Origin: Azolla caroliniana
Lineage: Eukaryota; Plantae; Polypodiophyta
Assembly (NCBI GenBank): GCA_043228905.1
Contig: JBHGNT010000002.1
Location: 19,778,001 to 19,842,000, forward strand
Length of the DNA: 64,000 nt
Direction of reading: 5' to 3'
Below, piece after piece: positions 33,975 through 46,047 of the stretch; position 1 is the stretch's first letter; each line of letters opens with the position of its first letter. The notes under the pieces are model-generated. The model made no database searches and was not told where the DNA came from. It worked only from the letters and a program-made list of their open reading frames with translations. The position numbers and the translations under genes were made by a program.

Positions 33975-36900
33975 AGAGGGCTGCCAAGGCGTGGGGCCGA
34001 GACAGTTCAGACACTCGGGAAAGACCCCACAGCTGTACGATAGAACCGAAACCGAAGAAACCTTGTACGATAGGCAGGAAATTTTGCTTCTCCGACGACG
34101 GAGGATGTATGATAGTCGGCATCGTTGGCCGAGAAAGGGCAAGGGCGGAGGAGCGACTTCGAGCGTGCGGAGTCCTCGGCCCGGACGAGGAAATCAGCGG
34201 AGCCGTGGAGGCGGTCTCCTTCGACGACACCTTGGGGATGCTGCGGAAGATAGCTGGAGAAGACCTTAACGAAGACCGGACGATACCGGTATGTTCCGAA
34301 GAGATGTACGAAGTCATCGCGGACTTCAGTCAGGGGCTCGAGTCGGATCGGATAGCCCGAGTTAGCACGAAGTACAAGACTGTGGACCGGAAGGTAAGGC
34401 CGGTCGCGGCACCCTTACTGGAGGGCAACGAGTCCCGAATCAGAGGGGTGGCGTCGGACCCCAGTTTACGAGATCCGGCCTGCATAGGACACACCTTCAT
34501 CGACGGGACGCTCCGGGAGCTCAAGATCGATGGGGGCGGGTTCCTACTACCGGCGGAGGAAGATCGGTTTCGTAGAATGCTCGGAAGGCACGGGAAAGCC
34601 TTCGCATTCTCACCGGAAGAGATCGGGTGCGTAGACCCGACGATCGTGGAGCCGATGGTGATATTCACAGTACCGCATGTGCCGTGGAATCTCAAGCCGA
34701 TTCCGGTACCGAGAGCTCACATCCCGAAGTTGATGGAGCTATTGAAGCAGAAAGTAGATATGGGCATTCTCGAACCGTCAAGTGCCCCATACTCGAACCG
34801 ATGGTTTACCGTACCAAAGAAAAACGAAACGATGCGCTTCATTCAAGACCTGCAGCCGGTCAACAGAGTGACCATTCGGAACGCAGGAATCGGACCGACC
34901 ATAGACGAGTTCGCGGAGGCCTTCGCCGGAAGGTCGATTTACTCGGTCGGTGATCTGTACTCGGGGTACGACCAGTTCCAGCTGGCCGTGGAAAGCAGAG
35001 ACATTACGACGATGCGAACTCCCCTCGGCCTAGTGCGAATGTGTACCCTGCCACAAGGAGGGACTAACTCGGTGGCCCACATGGTGAATGCAATGAACAA
35101 GGTACTGAGGGATTGCATCCCGGACATCACCATGTCGTTTCTAGACGACATCCCTATCAAAGGGTGCCCGGTGGAAGAGAAGGACGAGACACTCGGGCCG
35201 GACGAATGCCGGCGATTCGTGGCAACACACATCGACGACTGCGAGAAGGTGCTACAAAGGCTAGAGGATGCGAGGCTCACCTTCTCCGGGGAGAAATCGG
35301 CCTTCGGGCGATCAGAAATCCTGGTGGTCGGACACCTATGTGGACCATATGGCCGGAAGCCGTCTCCGGCAAAGGTAGAAGCCATCTCCGCGATGAAGAC
35401 CGACTGTAGCTCGGTTACGGAAGTTCGGAGGTTCCTGGGGGCATGCGCGTTCTACCACATATGGATCCCGCATTACGCCCACGTTGCGGAGCCACTATAC
35501 GGGTTGCTGAAGAAGGGGCGAAAATTCGAGTGGCGAGACGAGCACACGGAGTCGGTTCGGAAGCTGAAGGAAGCTCTTGTGGCAGCACCGGCGCTCCGGA
35601 AGGCTGTCTACGAGAAGGGTACCCCGGTATACATAACGGTGGATACGAGCCCGACCGGGATCGGATGGGTCGTCAACCAAGAAGACGAGGACGGCATTCG
35701 GTTCCCGATCCGATTCGGCACGAAGGTCCTCAGTGAGCGACAATGAGGGTACGCCCAGGTTAAACGCGAACTCTGGGGTATCGTTTCGGCGGTAAAGGCC
35801 GACAAAGACTACCTGATCGGGACAGAAGTGATTATCGAGACGGATTGCCTGCCAATTCTCGGCATGGTTTCCGGATGCGCGACACCGGACCTGGCGATGC
35901 TCAGGTGGATAGCGTACATCAAGTCCCTGGACCCGGAAATACGGCACATTTCCGGAAAGGACAACGCCATGGCCGACATGCTTTCGAGGGCGAGGTTTGA
36001 TGACGAGGGCGGCATGGTTTCGGAGGACGAAGAAGTCGGCGTGGACTTCTTCGAGGCAGTGTACGTGACGACCGATGGGACGAGCACTCCGGCGCTTAAC
36101 GGCTTCGACGAAAGCAAGTACGACGGCGAGTGGCTACAGATCGGTGGGTTTTAGAGGACAATGACGCCGGATGCGTCGTGGACAAGGGACGAGGCCAACC
36201 GGATCCGGAAGAAAGCATACTGATTCTTTCTCCGGGATGGATACTTATGGAAGCACCCGAAGAAGAGGAACGGCGTCCCGCTCCGGGTGGTGGCGATGAA
36301 GGAAGAACAGGAGGAGCTGTTGACGGCCTACCACGATAGCCCTTGGGCTGGACACCGTGGAACGTGGGCCACGTTCGAGAAGATAAAGGGGAAGTACTGG
36401 TGGTCGGGACTGTACCGGGACGTGCATCGGTTCGTGACGACTTGTGAGAGCTGTCAGATGCACTCCATAGTCCGACATCGGGACGAGCTTCACCCTACGT
36501 ACCCTCCGACCATCCACTTCAAATGGATGGTAGATCTGGTGACGATGCCGATGGGAGTAGGACAGATGCGGTATCTGGTCCTGGCTCGGGAAGATCTGAC
36601 GAACCAGGTAGAAGGCCGAGCCCTTCAGAACAAAACGACCACGGTCGTATGTCGGTTCCTGATCGAGGACGTGATATGCCGGTACGGGTGCGTCGGGAAG
36701 ATCGTGGCTGATCGCGGGGAGTTGGACGCCGAAGAGGCCGAGGAGTTGTTCGACCGGCTAGGAGTCAAGCTCTCGCTTACCACTGCATACAATCCGGAGG
36801 CGAATGGGAAGGTGGAGCGCGGACACGGACCGATCGTCAAGGCGTTAGTTCGGGCATGCGGAGGGCAAGTTGGGAACTGGCCACGACTGCTGCCCTACGC

Positions 36901-37468
36901 GTTGTGGGCTGACCAAACTACGCACAGTTCGGTAACCGGATTCATGCCGGCAGAGCTCATGTTTGGGCAGAAGCCGATCATGCCGATGGAACGTACGATC
37001 TCCTCATGGGCAACCGTGGACTGGAGAGATGAGATGAGCCGGGAGGAACTGTTGACGGCACGCATACGACAGCTCGAGCGGAGACCGGAGGACGTGGAGC
37101 AGGCTGCGGAACAGCTTCGGGTGGCAAGGAAAAGGAACAAAGCCCGGTTCGACCGAACGCACCGGCTCCGACCAAAGAAGATCGAGGAAGGTGACTGGGT
37201 GCTAGTCTACGATAGCAGCCTCGACAACCAGCACCGATCGACACGAAAGTTCGCGAGAAGGTGGTTCGGACCTTACGTGGTACAAAGCGCCAACGACAAC
37301 GGGACGTACCATCTGGCGGAACTCGACGGCACGAGAATGGCGATACCGGTAGCTGGGAAGCGGATCAAAGCGTTCAATAAGCGTCACGACGACGAGCCGA
37401 ATCCGGTTGACCTGGACCGCGACGACGAACGATCCGAAACTGAGGAAGAACCGACGGGCGGAGAATGA
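33971..37468 (+). pseudogene. G1 pol (RT-RNase H-integrase) in the -1 frame, with three premature stops
   Basis: RT (LPQGGTNS, FLDD), RNase H (TVDTSPTGIG, ETDC), integrase HHCC (HDSPWAGH..CESCQ) and DDE core (DLV..DRG..NGKVER). In-frame stops at about 35744, 36152 and 36221. Confidence 0.9.
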
Positions 37469-38165
37469 AGGCTGGACCGGTTTTCTCCGTCCCAACTCAA
37501 TTTGGCGCATGCCGGTGGATGCGCGGTTAGGTGGGGGCGGATGTCGTGAAGAAAACCGTCCACGAGCGGAATCGGTGCGTCGGAGCATAGGAACCGGCTC
37601 TTCATGAACGTACGCCGTATGTTGTACATAGAAGATCCTATGTAGGTAGATTCGGTAGGTAGGAAGTTAATGAGAAACGGCTCTTTCCTTGCCTATAAAA
37701 GAAGGAAGACGAGGAGGGGGTGGGGATCGCGGAATCAGAGAGGACGAAGTGCTGTCGGGCTGTCGGTCGAAGGCTCCTCTCTCTTCCATACTCCATAGCT
37801 TCTTTCTGTGCAGGTTTCGTGAGGCTCGCGCTGCTCTAAGGAATGCCCGAGTGCTTCCGGCAGCACCTCCAACCTACTCTTTCCTTTCTGAGCGTTCGCG
37901 AACAAGCATCGGCATCTGTTCGCCGAACTGTTCGGTTGTAACCGACTTCGTGTCTTGTTGTTTGTCTTTGTTAATACATACATAGATTCGTGTCTCTCTG
38001 TGTCGCTGTCCCACTCGCGTCTTCGAGTCGAAGGGCCGTGTCCCTGTGAATCTACGTTCGCACCTCGTGGGTCTCTTCCCCTCTCCTTTCTCCCTTGCTC
38101 TTCGGTACAGGACCCCCGAGGTCCCGCCTCATTCCACGCATCCGCGAGGAATACCTCAACACCGT

Positions 38166-40450
38166 TGTCGTGAAGAAAACCGTCCCTTAGAGCAATTGGG
38201 TGCATATCGCGCGTGAACCGGCTCTTCACGCGTGCGCGCCCCTTAATGTATATAATAGGGAATTAGGTACATAGGTATATCTAAGTAGTTAGATTCGGTA
38301 GGTAGGAGGTAAATGAGGGAGACCGCTCCCTTCTGGACGCTATAAAGAAGAGGGAGACGCAGGGGAGAAGGGGATCGCGCATTGGGGAGGACAAAGTGTT
38401 GTTGGACCGTAACCGAACGCTTCTCCTCTGTTTGTTTCGGGAGGCTCGCGCTGCTTCGAGGAACGCCTGTGTGCTTCCGGCAACACCTCCATCCCTTTCC
38501 CTTTTCGTGTGCAAACGAACAAGCATCGACATCTGTTCGCCGGCCTATTCAGTTGTAACCGCTCGCGTGCTCTGTTGTGTATTTGTTATTCGTTAATATA
38601 CAAACTTTCGTGTCTCTCTGTCTCTGTGTCCATTCGTGTTCTCTGCGTTGCAGGGCCGTGTCCCTGTGTTCCTTTGCTCATACGTAACCGGTCGTCTCTC
38701 TCTTTCTCTTTCCCCTCCTATCACCTGCTCTTCGGTCCAAGACCTTGGTGGTCCCGCCTCGTTTCTCCACGCACGCGCGTAGTAACGCGACATATTTGGT
38801 GAACCCGACGTGAAACAGGCGGCAAAGGAGCAGAAGATGAGGGGGTCGGATCTTGCAGAGGCCATGGCTTCGGCCGGTGACCGGATAGTGAGCGCGCGCG
38901 AGGGCACCGACGCCCTTGACAGGGCTATTGAGGCGATTGTCGGTATGATCGGCCTGTTCAGTGGAAAGGATGCCACGAGTTATTTGGCGTCCTACCGGGC
39001 GGAGATGTTGATGAGGGATATTCCGGAAGAGAGGCGTCTTGCCAGATTCCCTCGAGTGACGATGCCGGGCATCCATGCGGAGGTGCTCAAGGTCCGGGCG
39101 GAGAGCCGGACCTGGGAGGAGTTCGAAGGACGGCTCTTGGAGAAATACGGGCTGGATGACGCGCTTCGACTTTCGAAGCGGGGCTTCATGGAGTGGGTGG
39201 AGTCGCCTGACAAAGGAAGAAATGTGTCGGCACTCCTCCGGGAGTTTGAGGATCGCTTTGCGCGCCTTTCGGCGCTCGATCGGACCGTTCTGGACACAAG
39301 TCGTGTCCTACTGTTTGTCAAATCGGTTGACGCACGGGATCGGGAGCAAGTGGGCTCCTTACTGGAAACCGAAGACGGGCTAACGACCGACAGGGCCGCG
39401 GTAAAAAGAGTCTGCGGCCGTTTTGACAAACGGTGGGAGTGGGCTGATACAGGGGTGATCGGGGCGGGTCCTGTCGCAGCAAGGAATCTTGAACCGATAC
39501 CGCAGGCGCGACGGGAAGAGACCCGGGAGTGGCTCGAAACCGGTTCAGCTTCGACCGGCGTGGTCAGAGGCTCGTCCGGGGGGACAACTTTGGAAAAGTT
39601 GACATGGGCGGTAAAGGATCTCCAGATCGCCCAGGCTCGGAGGGAAGGCGGCGATCAGGCTCGTGACCGACGGCCTCCGGCAGGAAATAGGTGCATGTTG
39701 TGCGACGAGGTCGGCCACATCCGGAAAGACTGCGGGGACTTTGCGGAGGCTTTGAGAAGCCGGGTAGTGTACCTGTGGGAAGGTCGGGTGCACGCCAGCG
39801 ATACCCGGAGGGCCCTGAACCGAAACGATGGGCGAGGAGGAATGAAAAGGCTGATGGAAGAGGCGGCGGCCTGGCACTCGGAGACCGTCCACTACTCAGC
39901 GTCAGGCGGTATTCGGGTCGGAGGCAGCGAGGTCCGGAAGGAGAGCAAAGCCGGGTTCTGGCTGACGGTGCTGGAAGGCCTCGCCGGTGCCCGACTAAAG
40001 AGAGACGAGGTGGACCGCGCGGAGAAGCGGGTCCAGGAGGTAACCGGGTGGAGTGACCCGGTCGAGGAAAAGACGGGTTTCGTCGAAGCAGCTTGCCAGA
40101 ACTACGAGGCTCTGGTTGAAGACAAATGAGTAGGTAAAACCGGAGGGGCCGGACCCTCATAGAGATACGAAACCCGATTCGGGCCGAAACTGAACGAGGC
40201 CGGTGAGTCCAGTGCCCGGGATAACCACAAGAAGGGCAGATACCGTTTGGGCACGGAGATCGAAAGGACCACGGACCTACGAAAGGTCCTGGAAGAACGA
40301 ATCCTCGACAACAAAGTGGAACTGTCATTGCGGGAGGTGCTCGGAATCGCCAAGAAGGAGTTCCACGACTCCATCGTGGACTTGGTGAAGAGGAAGAGGC
40401 TGTCGACGGAGACAGAACCGGAAAGGCCGGTGGAGGTGCGGACGGCGCAA
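38166..40450 (+). mobile_element. Truncated gypsy G2 (sister family of G1): 5' LTR, PBS and gag
   Basis: LTR 38166-38792, PBS TGGTGAACCCGACGTGAA at 38797-38814, and gag 38810-40129 collinear with G1 gag. It is fused abruptly to copia integrase at about 40450. Confidence 0.9.
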
Positions 40451-42924
40451 GGAGACAAAGTATCGACTCCCGCCAAGACTCACGTTCTGTGTCGGTCCCC
40501 ATACATCCGAATGAATAAGGTCGAGCTTGTTACGGCTACGGTTTAGTTCTGTGGGGAATGGAAGCCGGTGTTGCTTCCCGAGTTGGCAGGCTTCACATAC
40601 TGGGGCCTTCTGGCCACTGAACTTCGGCAAACCGAAAACAACTTGTTTCGTCTGCAGGTCTTGAAGCCTTCGGTAATTGACGTGGTCGATCCACTTGTGC
40701 TAGAGATCGATGTCTGATTCAATCTGCTGTCCTTTGGCGAAAAAAGCGGTGCCGACGTCATTGGTGTCGAGGATAAACATCCTCCCGTCTTTGCACCCTT
40801 ACGCAATAATCTGGCCCTCCTCCTCGATGAAGCACTCGAGGTGCATAAACCGCACCTGCATTCCTTGGTCGATGATCTGTCTGACCGACACCAGGTTCTT
40901 CGTGATAGTTGGAACGTGTAATACGTTCATCAGCTTCCCCCTCCGTCCGACGTGGCTCAAAGGGACTTCACCGATATGCACGATTGGGTGAGGAGTGTCG
41001 TCTCCGGTTTCAACAACTCTCGGTTGTTCCGGTTTCTCCAGGAAGGAGAACCACTCTTTGTGGTTCATCATATGATTTGATGCACCGGAATCAACGTGCA
41101 TTCCTTGGTCGATGATCTGTAACCGCACCTGCATTCCTTGATCGATGATCTGTCCGACCGACACCAGGTTCTTCGTGATAGTCGGAAAGTGTAATACGTT
41201 CATCAGCTTCCCCCTCTGTCCGACGTGGCTCAAAGGGACTTCACCGATATGCACGATTGGGTGGGGAGTGTCGTCTCCGGTTTCAACAACTCTCGGTTGT
41301 TCCGGTTTCTCCAGGAAGGAGAACCACTCTTTGTGGTTCGTCATATGATTTGATGCACCGAAATCAACGTACCACACTTCCTTCGATTCGGAAGTGGTCT
41401 TCTTCATCAAAATTGCCTCGTGCTTCATCACCAAGGCTGGCCCCTTACCGATCTTCCTGGTTCCGGATCCTTTCGATCCTTGCACGTAGTGCGAGCTTTG
41501 CCGGTTCTCCCGACCGGTTTTGCCGAATCCAGATCTATCCGAATCGGCGCGCTTCTTCCAGCACTCACTTTCTTTGTGGCCCTTTTTGCCACAGTACCAG
41601 CATTCCGTGGCGGATTTTTCTTGCCGGCCTCCGGTGCCACCTTGACTCCCCCTGGTTGTGGAGGTCCCGGAACTGCTGTCGGCATGGTCTCTGTGCCGTC
41701 TTTCCTGCTCTTGTCGGCCGTCTCCAGTGCTTGCCGACCGCCTCGTCCACCACACCCACGGGGCTGATCCGTCTCCGTGTACAACATCCGGCTGTCGGTG
41801 GGTGCACTTGTTGACGCACTGGCATGGTTCTCCTCTACAAGGAGCATCGACTATAAGTCGAAAAATGACAGTGTATTCTCCCTTGTACATATTGCTGTCC
41901 GGAAAGCTTAGAACTTAAATGCCAAGCCCCCAAGATAGACTTGTACCATCTCGTCTTCCTCTACTGTTACGTTGATAGAGGCAAGCGAGTCACATATCTC
42001 TTTGATTCGGGCCGTGTAATCAACCACTGACATGTCCTTCTGCTGGACATTGCTCAACTCTTGTCGGAGTTGCAGCTTCCGGGCTGTAGTGCTTGCGGCG
42101 AACACCTTCTTCAGGTTTCCCCAAGCCTCTTTCGGTGTCTTGGCATCTCGGACGTGGCTCAGCAGCTGGTCTCCGACACTGGACGCAAAGCAGTACATCA
42201 CTCTGCTTATCAATTGTTCCCACACCGGGAAGTCCTTGTGTGTTGCATCAGGTGATGTGTCGTTAGCTCCGTCGACATAGCTCCAGTAACCATGCCCAAG
42301 CAGGTACTGGTGCATATTGTATGACCAAGATGCGTATTTGGATCTGTCGAGCTTCTCCACCGGGAGCAAGCTAGCCATTCCTCTATCCTTTTTTTTTTCC
42401 TGTTCTATTCTCACAACCTGTAGGTTTTTTCTTTTTCTTTTTCTTGCGAAAGAAAATGTCAACTGTAGAGGTCTTCAACCCTCGCGCTCTGATACCATGT
42501 AGAAACAAATAGCGTGCGAAAGCGAAAGCAATAGAAAACAGAAAACAGAAAACAAGTTTAATGGAGAGCTTAACAATACGCGGGAGAGATAGAGAGGGAG
42601 TACACAGAAACTCAATTCAAAAATACTACTCAATTTGTACATCGTATGTGTTCAGTGAACACTTTTATACAAGTCCATCCGGACTGACAGAAGTACGGTG
42701 TACTTCAATGCTCACACGAGCGTCTGACACAAACTACGAGATATTAACTCCCTAGTAGATTAGCTGCTACTTGGCTTCCGATTACTGCTTGATCTAGCTC
42801 ACCGACTCCCCAACTCACCGACTCCCCAACTCACCGGCTCACCGATCCGGCTCATCCTTCTGGATGCCAATCTGGCTCAGGGTTATTCAACCGATCCGGA
42901 TCCGGTTGAGGTTGCCGCTCAACA
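40451..42924 (-). mobile_element. 5' half of Ty1/copia element C3 (LTR, PBS, gag, duplicated protease, integrase start)
   Basis: LTR 42498-42924, PBS TGGTATCAGAGC at 42486-42497, gag 42462-41908, CWYCGKKGHKESEC, VDSGASNHM, and CEACQLGKQHR/HSDVWGP. Confidence 0.9.
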
Positions 42925-43185
42925 GTTTTCCTCCCCTCCTTTTATAGCTCAAGGAGGATCGGTTACATCAAGAGTCAAGCTAGTTGTTTCTGTCAGAGAT
43001 TGTCCCTCGATGTTCTGCCATCAAATCCTATCATTCCTCTTTCTATGGGCCCATAAGTACCTATTAACTATGTTGTCTTGTTCTTATTAATGTGCTCTCT
43101 ATTTACATTATTTTATACAAAGACCATTTCATGTGCAAAATGTGCACATCCCTTGTTCACACGCATTCTATGGGCATTCTTGGAT

Positions 43186-43431
43186 CAAGCCAAACCGGCT
43201 AAGCCTAAACCGTTTACGAGATCTCAAACTTGAGCCGAGCCGAGCCGGTTCACAAACCGGTTTAGGCTAATAAACCGATTTGTGAACCGGCTTGGTAAAC
43301 GGCTTGTAAACCGGTTTAGAAACCTCCCTTTCTCTCTCTCTCTCCCTACCTCCCTCTCTTTCTCAGATGATCCACTATATACTATACATTGTACAAGCTC
43401 TCCCTCCCACTCTCTCTCACGTCTGTGGTCT

Positions 43432-43469
<38 letters not shown>

Positions 43470-43819
43470 CTCCCCTTTGTTTAGTCTCTCTCTCTCTCCT
43501 TATATGTTGTCTCCCTTCCTCCCTCTCTCTCCTCGTCAGTGTAGTCTCTCTCTCTCTCCTTATATGTTGTCTCCCTCCCTCTCTCTCTCTCTCCACGTCT
43601 GTGTAGTTCTCCCTCCCTCACTCTCACTCTCTCTCTCTTTCCCCTTGTCTGTTGTCTCTCTCCCCCTCTCTCTAAAGTTTATAAACGGCTTAAACGGTTT
43701 AGCTGGCTTGAGCCGGTTTGGCAAGGCTCAAGCCAAACCGAGCCGCTAAGCTGCTAAGCCATTTTCAAGCCGGCTAAGCCAAACGGTTTAGGCTTGAGTT
43801 GAGTCGTTGCCGATCCCTA
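43186..43819. mobile_element. Partial hAT-like MITE with (AACCG/AGCCG) subterminal repeats and a CT-rich core
   Basis: Dense AAACCG/GAGCCG/CGGTTT repeats at both ends. The right end GTTGCCGATCCCTA resembles TAGGG-type hAT termini; the left TIR was not found. Confidence 0.45.
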
Positions 43820-44149
43820 ATCTCGATTGTCGCCCATCTGATCCGTCCGATTACCAATTTTGTCTGATTGCCGGTTGTTGGCTCCGTCCGATTGTCAGTT
43901 ACCGACTCCGTCCTATAGGTCGCCGGTTGCCAATTCCGGTTCCCAACTTCATCACCGGCTCCATCTGATTTTCAGTTTCTGGTTGCCGGCTCCATCTGGT
44001 TTCCGATTGCCAACTCCATCCAGTTTCTGATTCCCAACTTTGTTGCCGGTTCTATCCGGTTGTCAACTCCATCCGGTCACCGATTCTTTAGCCACATTTG
44101 TCCATGTAGACAAATTGGTCCAAGTCCAACCAATCCTTTTGTGCTCTCA

Positions 44150-44405
44150 ACACATAGATGAAAACAAATGGTTCTCAATCTGCTATATATAGGTGGATCC
44201 TAATGTTTCCTATCTATGTGGGATATTTCACAATTCTCAAACTCACACTCACATAACTTGATACTTATTTATTTGTTTCATGTGTAGTAAAATGCGTTAT
44301 GAAGCTCTTGAAGACATTTATCTATCTTTCCATATCAAACCATTAAGCTAATCTTAAATAATTATTTTACTAGTTTTCATATCGTGTGTGAAAAACCACA
44401 CGACA
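44150..44405 (-). mobile_element. LTR 5' end of the same family as the 60081-62177 solo LTR
   Basis: Its reverse complement is collinear with 60162-60380. It ends ..CCACACGACA followed by CCGA. Confidence 0.75.
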
Positions 44406-45340
44406 CCGAAAGGTTTGTGTGAGTCGAGATATCGTATTTGACAAATCAACATCTTGGTACGTGCTCGACTCGGCTCCATCCGAACCGATTGAGGAAGAGG
44501 TGGATATCAACTCGGAGGACAAAGATCAACTAAGGCCTATACAAGTGGAGAGTCTGATCTCAACCATGTTGAGTGGACCACAAGAGCGTCCAAGAAACCA
44601 AAGCACGTCTAGAACAAGTGCCGCATGAGACAAGGGAAAAGCCAAAATGCTCAAATACGATGTCGACCACTCTGATGAAAGTAATTTGGACGTGTCAGAT
44701 CGTTGACTAAACAATGAGTTTGATGGGTTTGGTGTGCCCATTATGCGAACACCTGGAGTAAAGAAAGCACTTACAACTACAATCGAAAAACTCGGACACT
44801 CGATAGAGATCAAGACCTAGTCAATTGATTTGGGGACAATGATTACATCGGCCACCATTATGCTTTTATAAATTATGATGAAGGTAGTAGATGCTTGAGA
44901 GCCGAAAAGCATTGCCAAAGCCGCTCAAGATCCACGATGGGTTAAGGTGATGAAGAGGAAATGCAAGCACTCGGCAAGAATGAAACTTGGGACCTTGTCC
45001 ACTAGTCACCACAAAAGAAAGAAATCAACTGTAGATGGATATACAAAGTGAAATTCAATGTTGGCGGCACGGTTAATCGGTAGCCTAACTCGTAGTTAAT
45101 GGCTATGCTCAAACTCATGGAGTCGACTATGAAGAGACCTTTGCCCCGATGGCAAAGATGATGACCATTCGGACTGTGTTAGCTCTAACTACGACGACCC
45201 TACGATGAAGGTGTGGCATCTCCATCAGATGGATGTTAAGAACACTTTTTTCTGAGGTGAGCTAGAAGAGGAGGTGTACATGGTACAACCACTTAGATTC
45301 AAGTCGAGTACACATCCACTTGCAATATGCTTGCCTTCAA
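44406..45340 (+). mobile_element. Degenerate copia fragment C4 (integrase tail to RT N-terminus)
   Basis: VSRDIVFD, KNETWDLV, RWIYKVK, GVDYEETFAP, HQMDVKNTF and ELEEEVYMVQP remnants. Confidence 0.8.
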
Positions 45341-45764
45341 ATGGTGTGGATGGTGGGCGAAGGTATGCAAAAGCATGTTTGTGATAATGTTTGAAAATTG
45401 AGGGAGATGGAATATATGTGGAAATATGCAAAACATGAGGTGTGATAGCGGTATTGTTTTACCCTAATATATACATTGAATGGAAGAATGGAGGGATAGG
45501 GTTTTATGTAGGAGCATTTACTCGATTGTCCCCACTTTCTCTTTACATCATAGCATCAAAGTCATAAATTTGAGAGAACCGAAGATGGATCCTTACAAAT
45601 GTGCTAGGCCCTGTCCTATAGATCACACGATCAATCTCCACTCCTTTTACACAACTTCGCACAAGAGCCAACCAAAGGATATGCCACAGAATGATGGGTA
45701 CCGATAGATCGGTATGGAAGAGTAGGATCAAAGCACCAATGCACCTATCACCATGCACTACATA

Positions 45765-45836
45765 TTAGTATTAGTATTAGGATTAGGATTAGGATTAGGA
45801 TTAGTATTAGGATTAGAATTAGTATTAGTATTAGTA
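45765..45836 (+). repeat. 12-unit hexamer array (TTAGTA/TTAGGA), about 210 bp upstream of the pfkB ATG
   Basis: Read directly from the sequence. Confidence 0.9.
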
Positions 45837-46047
45837 TCGATTCAGAGTAAGAAATGGGGTTTAGCTTTCAAGCAGCAAGCAAATTCACCCATCATCACTA
45901 TCATCATTCACTATATCCTATCATTCATCAGAAATAAGCTAATTGTGTTTCAGCATTCAAGCACCACTTAACCCCAAGGTTAGGTTGCCTTCTCTGTCTC
46001 TGTCTCTCTCTCTCTGTGTCCCCAAGAGGGAGAGAGAAAGAGAGAGA

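Larger units (their letters stand above)
31185..38161 (+). mobile_element. Full-length Ty3/gypsy retrotransposon G1 (non-chromovirus, tRNA-Trp primed)
   Basis: 620-bp LTRs 31185-31804 and 37542-38161 (about 17 differences by eye, about 97% identical), TSD CCGT, PBS TGGTGAACCTGACGTGAA at 31808-31825, and PPT GGTGGGGGCGGA. Domain order gag-PR-RT-RH-INT, no chromodomain. Confidence 0.96.

Noticed and set aside
32003-40502. Antisense ORFs (up to 312 aa) over G1/G2 gag-pol
   Set aside because: Shadow ORFs expected from GC-rich coding sequence; no independent motifs.
27340-42924. One copia element spanning the whole gypsy nest (27340 LTR edge plus C3)
   Set aside because: Orientation fits, but the two LTR edges differ too much beyond the terminal 25 bp or so to be sister LTRs.
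30916-43155. Possible TIR pair CAAGGATGTGCAACATTGCACAT / ATGTGCAAAATGTGCACATCCCTTG enclosing G1, G2 and C3
   Set aside because: The match needs indels, there is no clear TSD, and a similar ATGTGCAA..TTGCACAT palindrome occurs independently at about 12060. Left unresolved.
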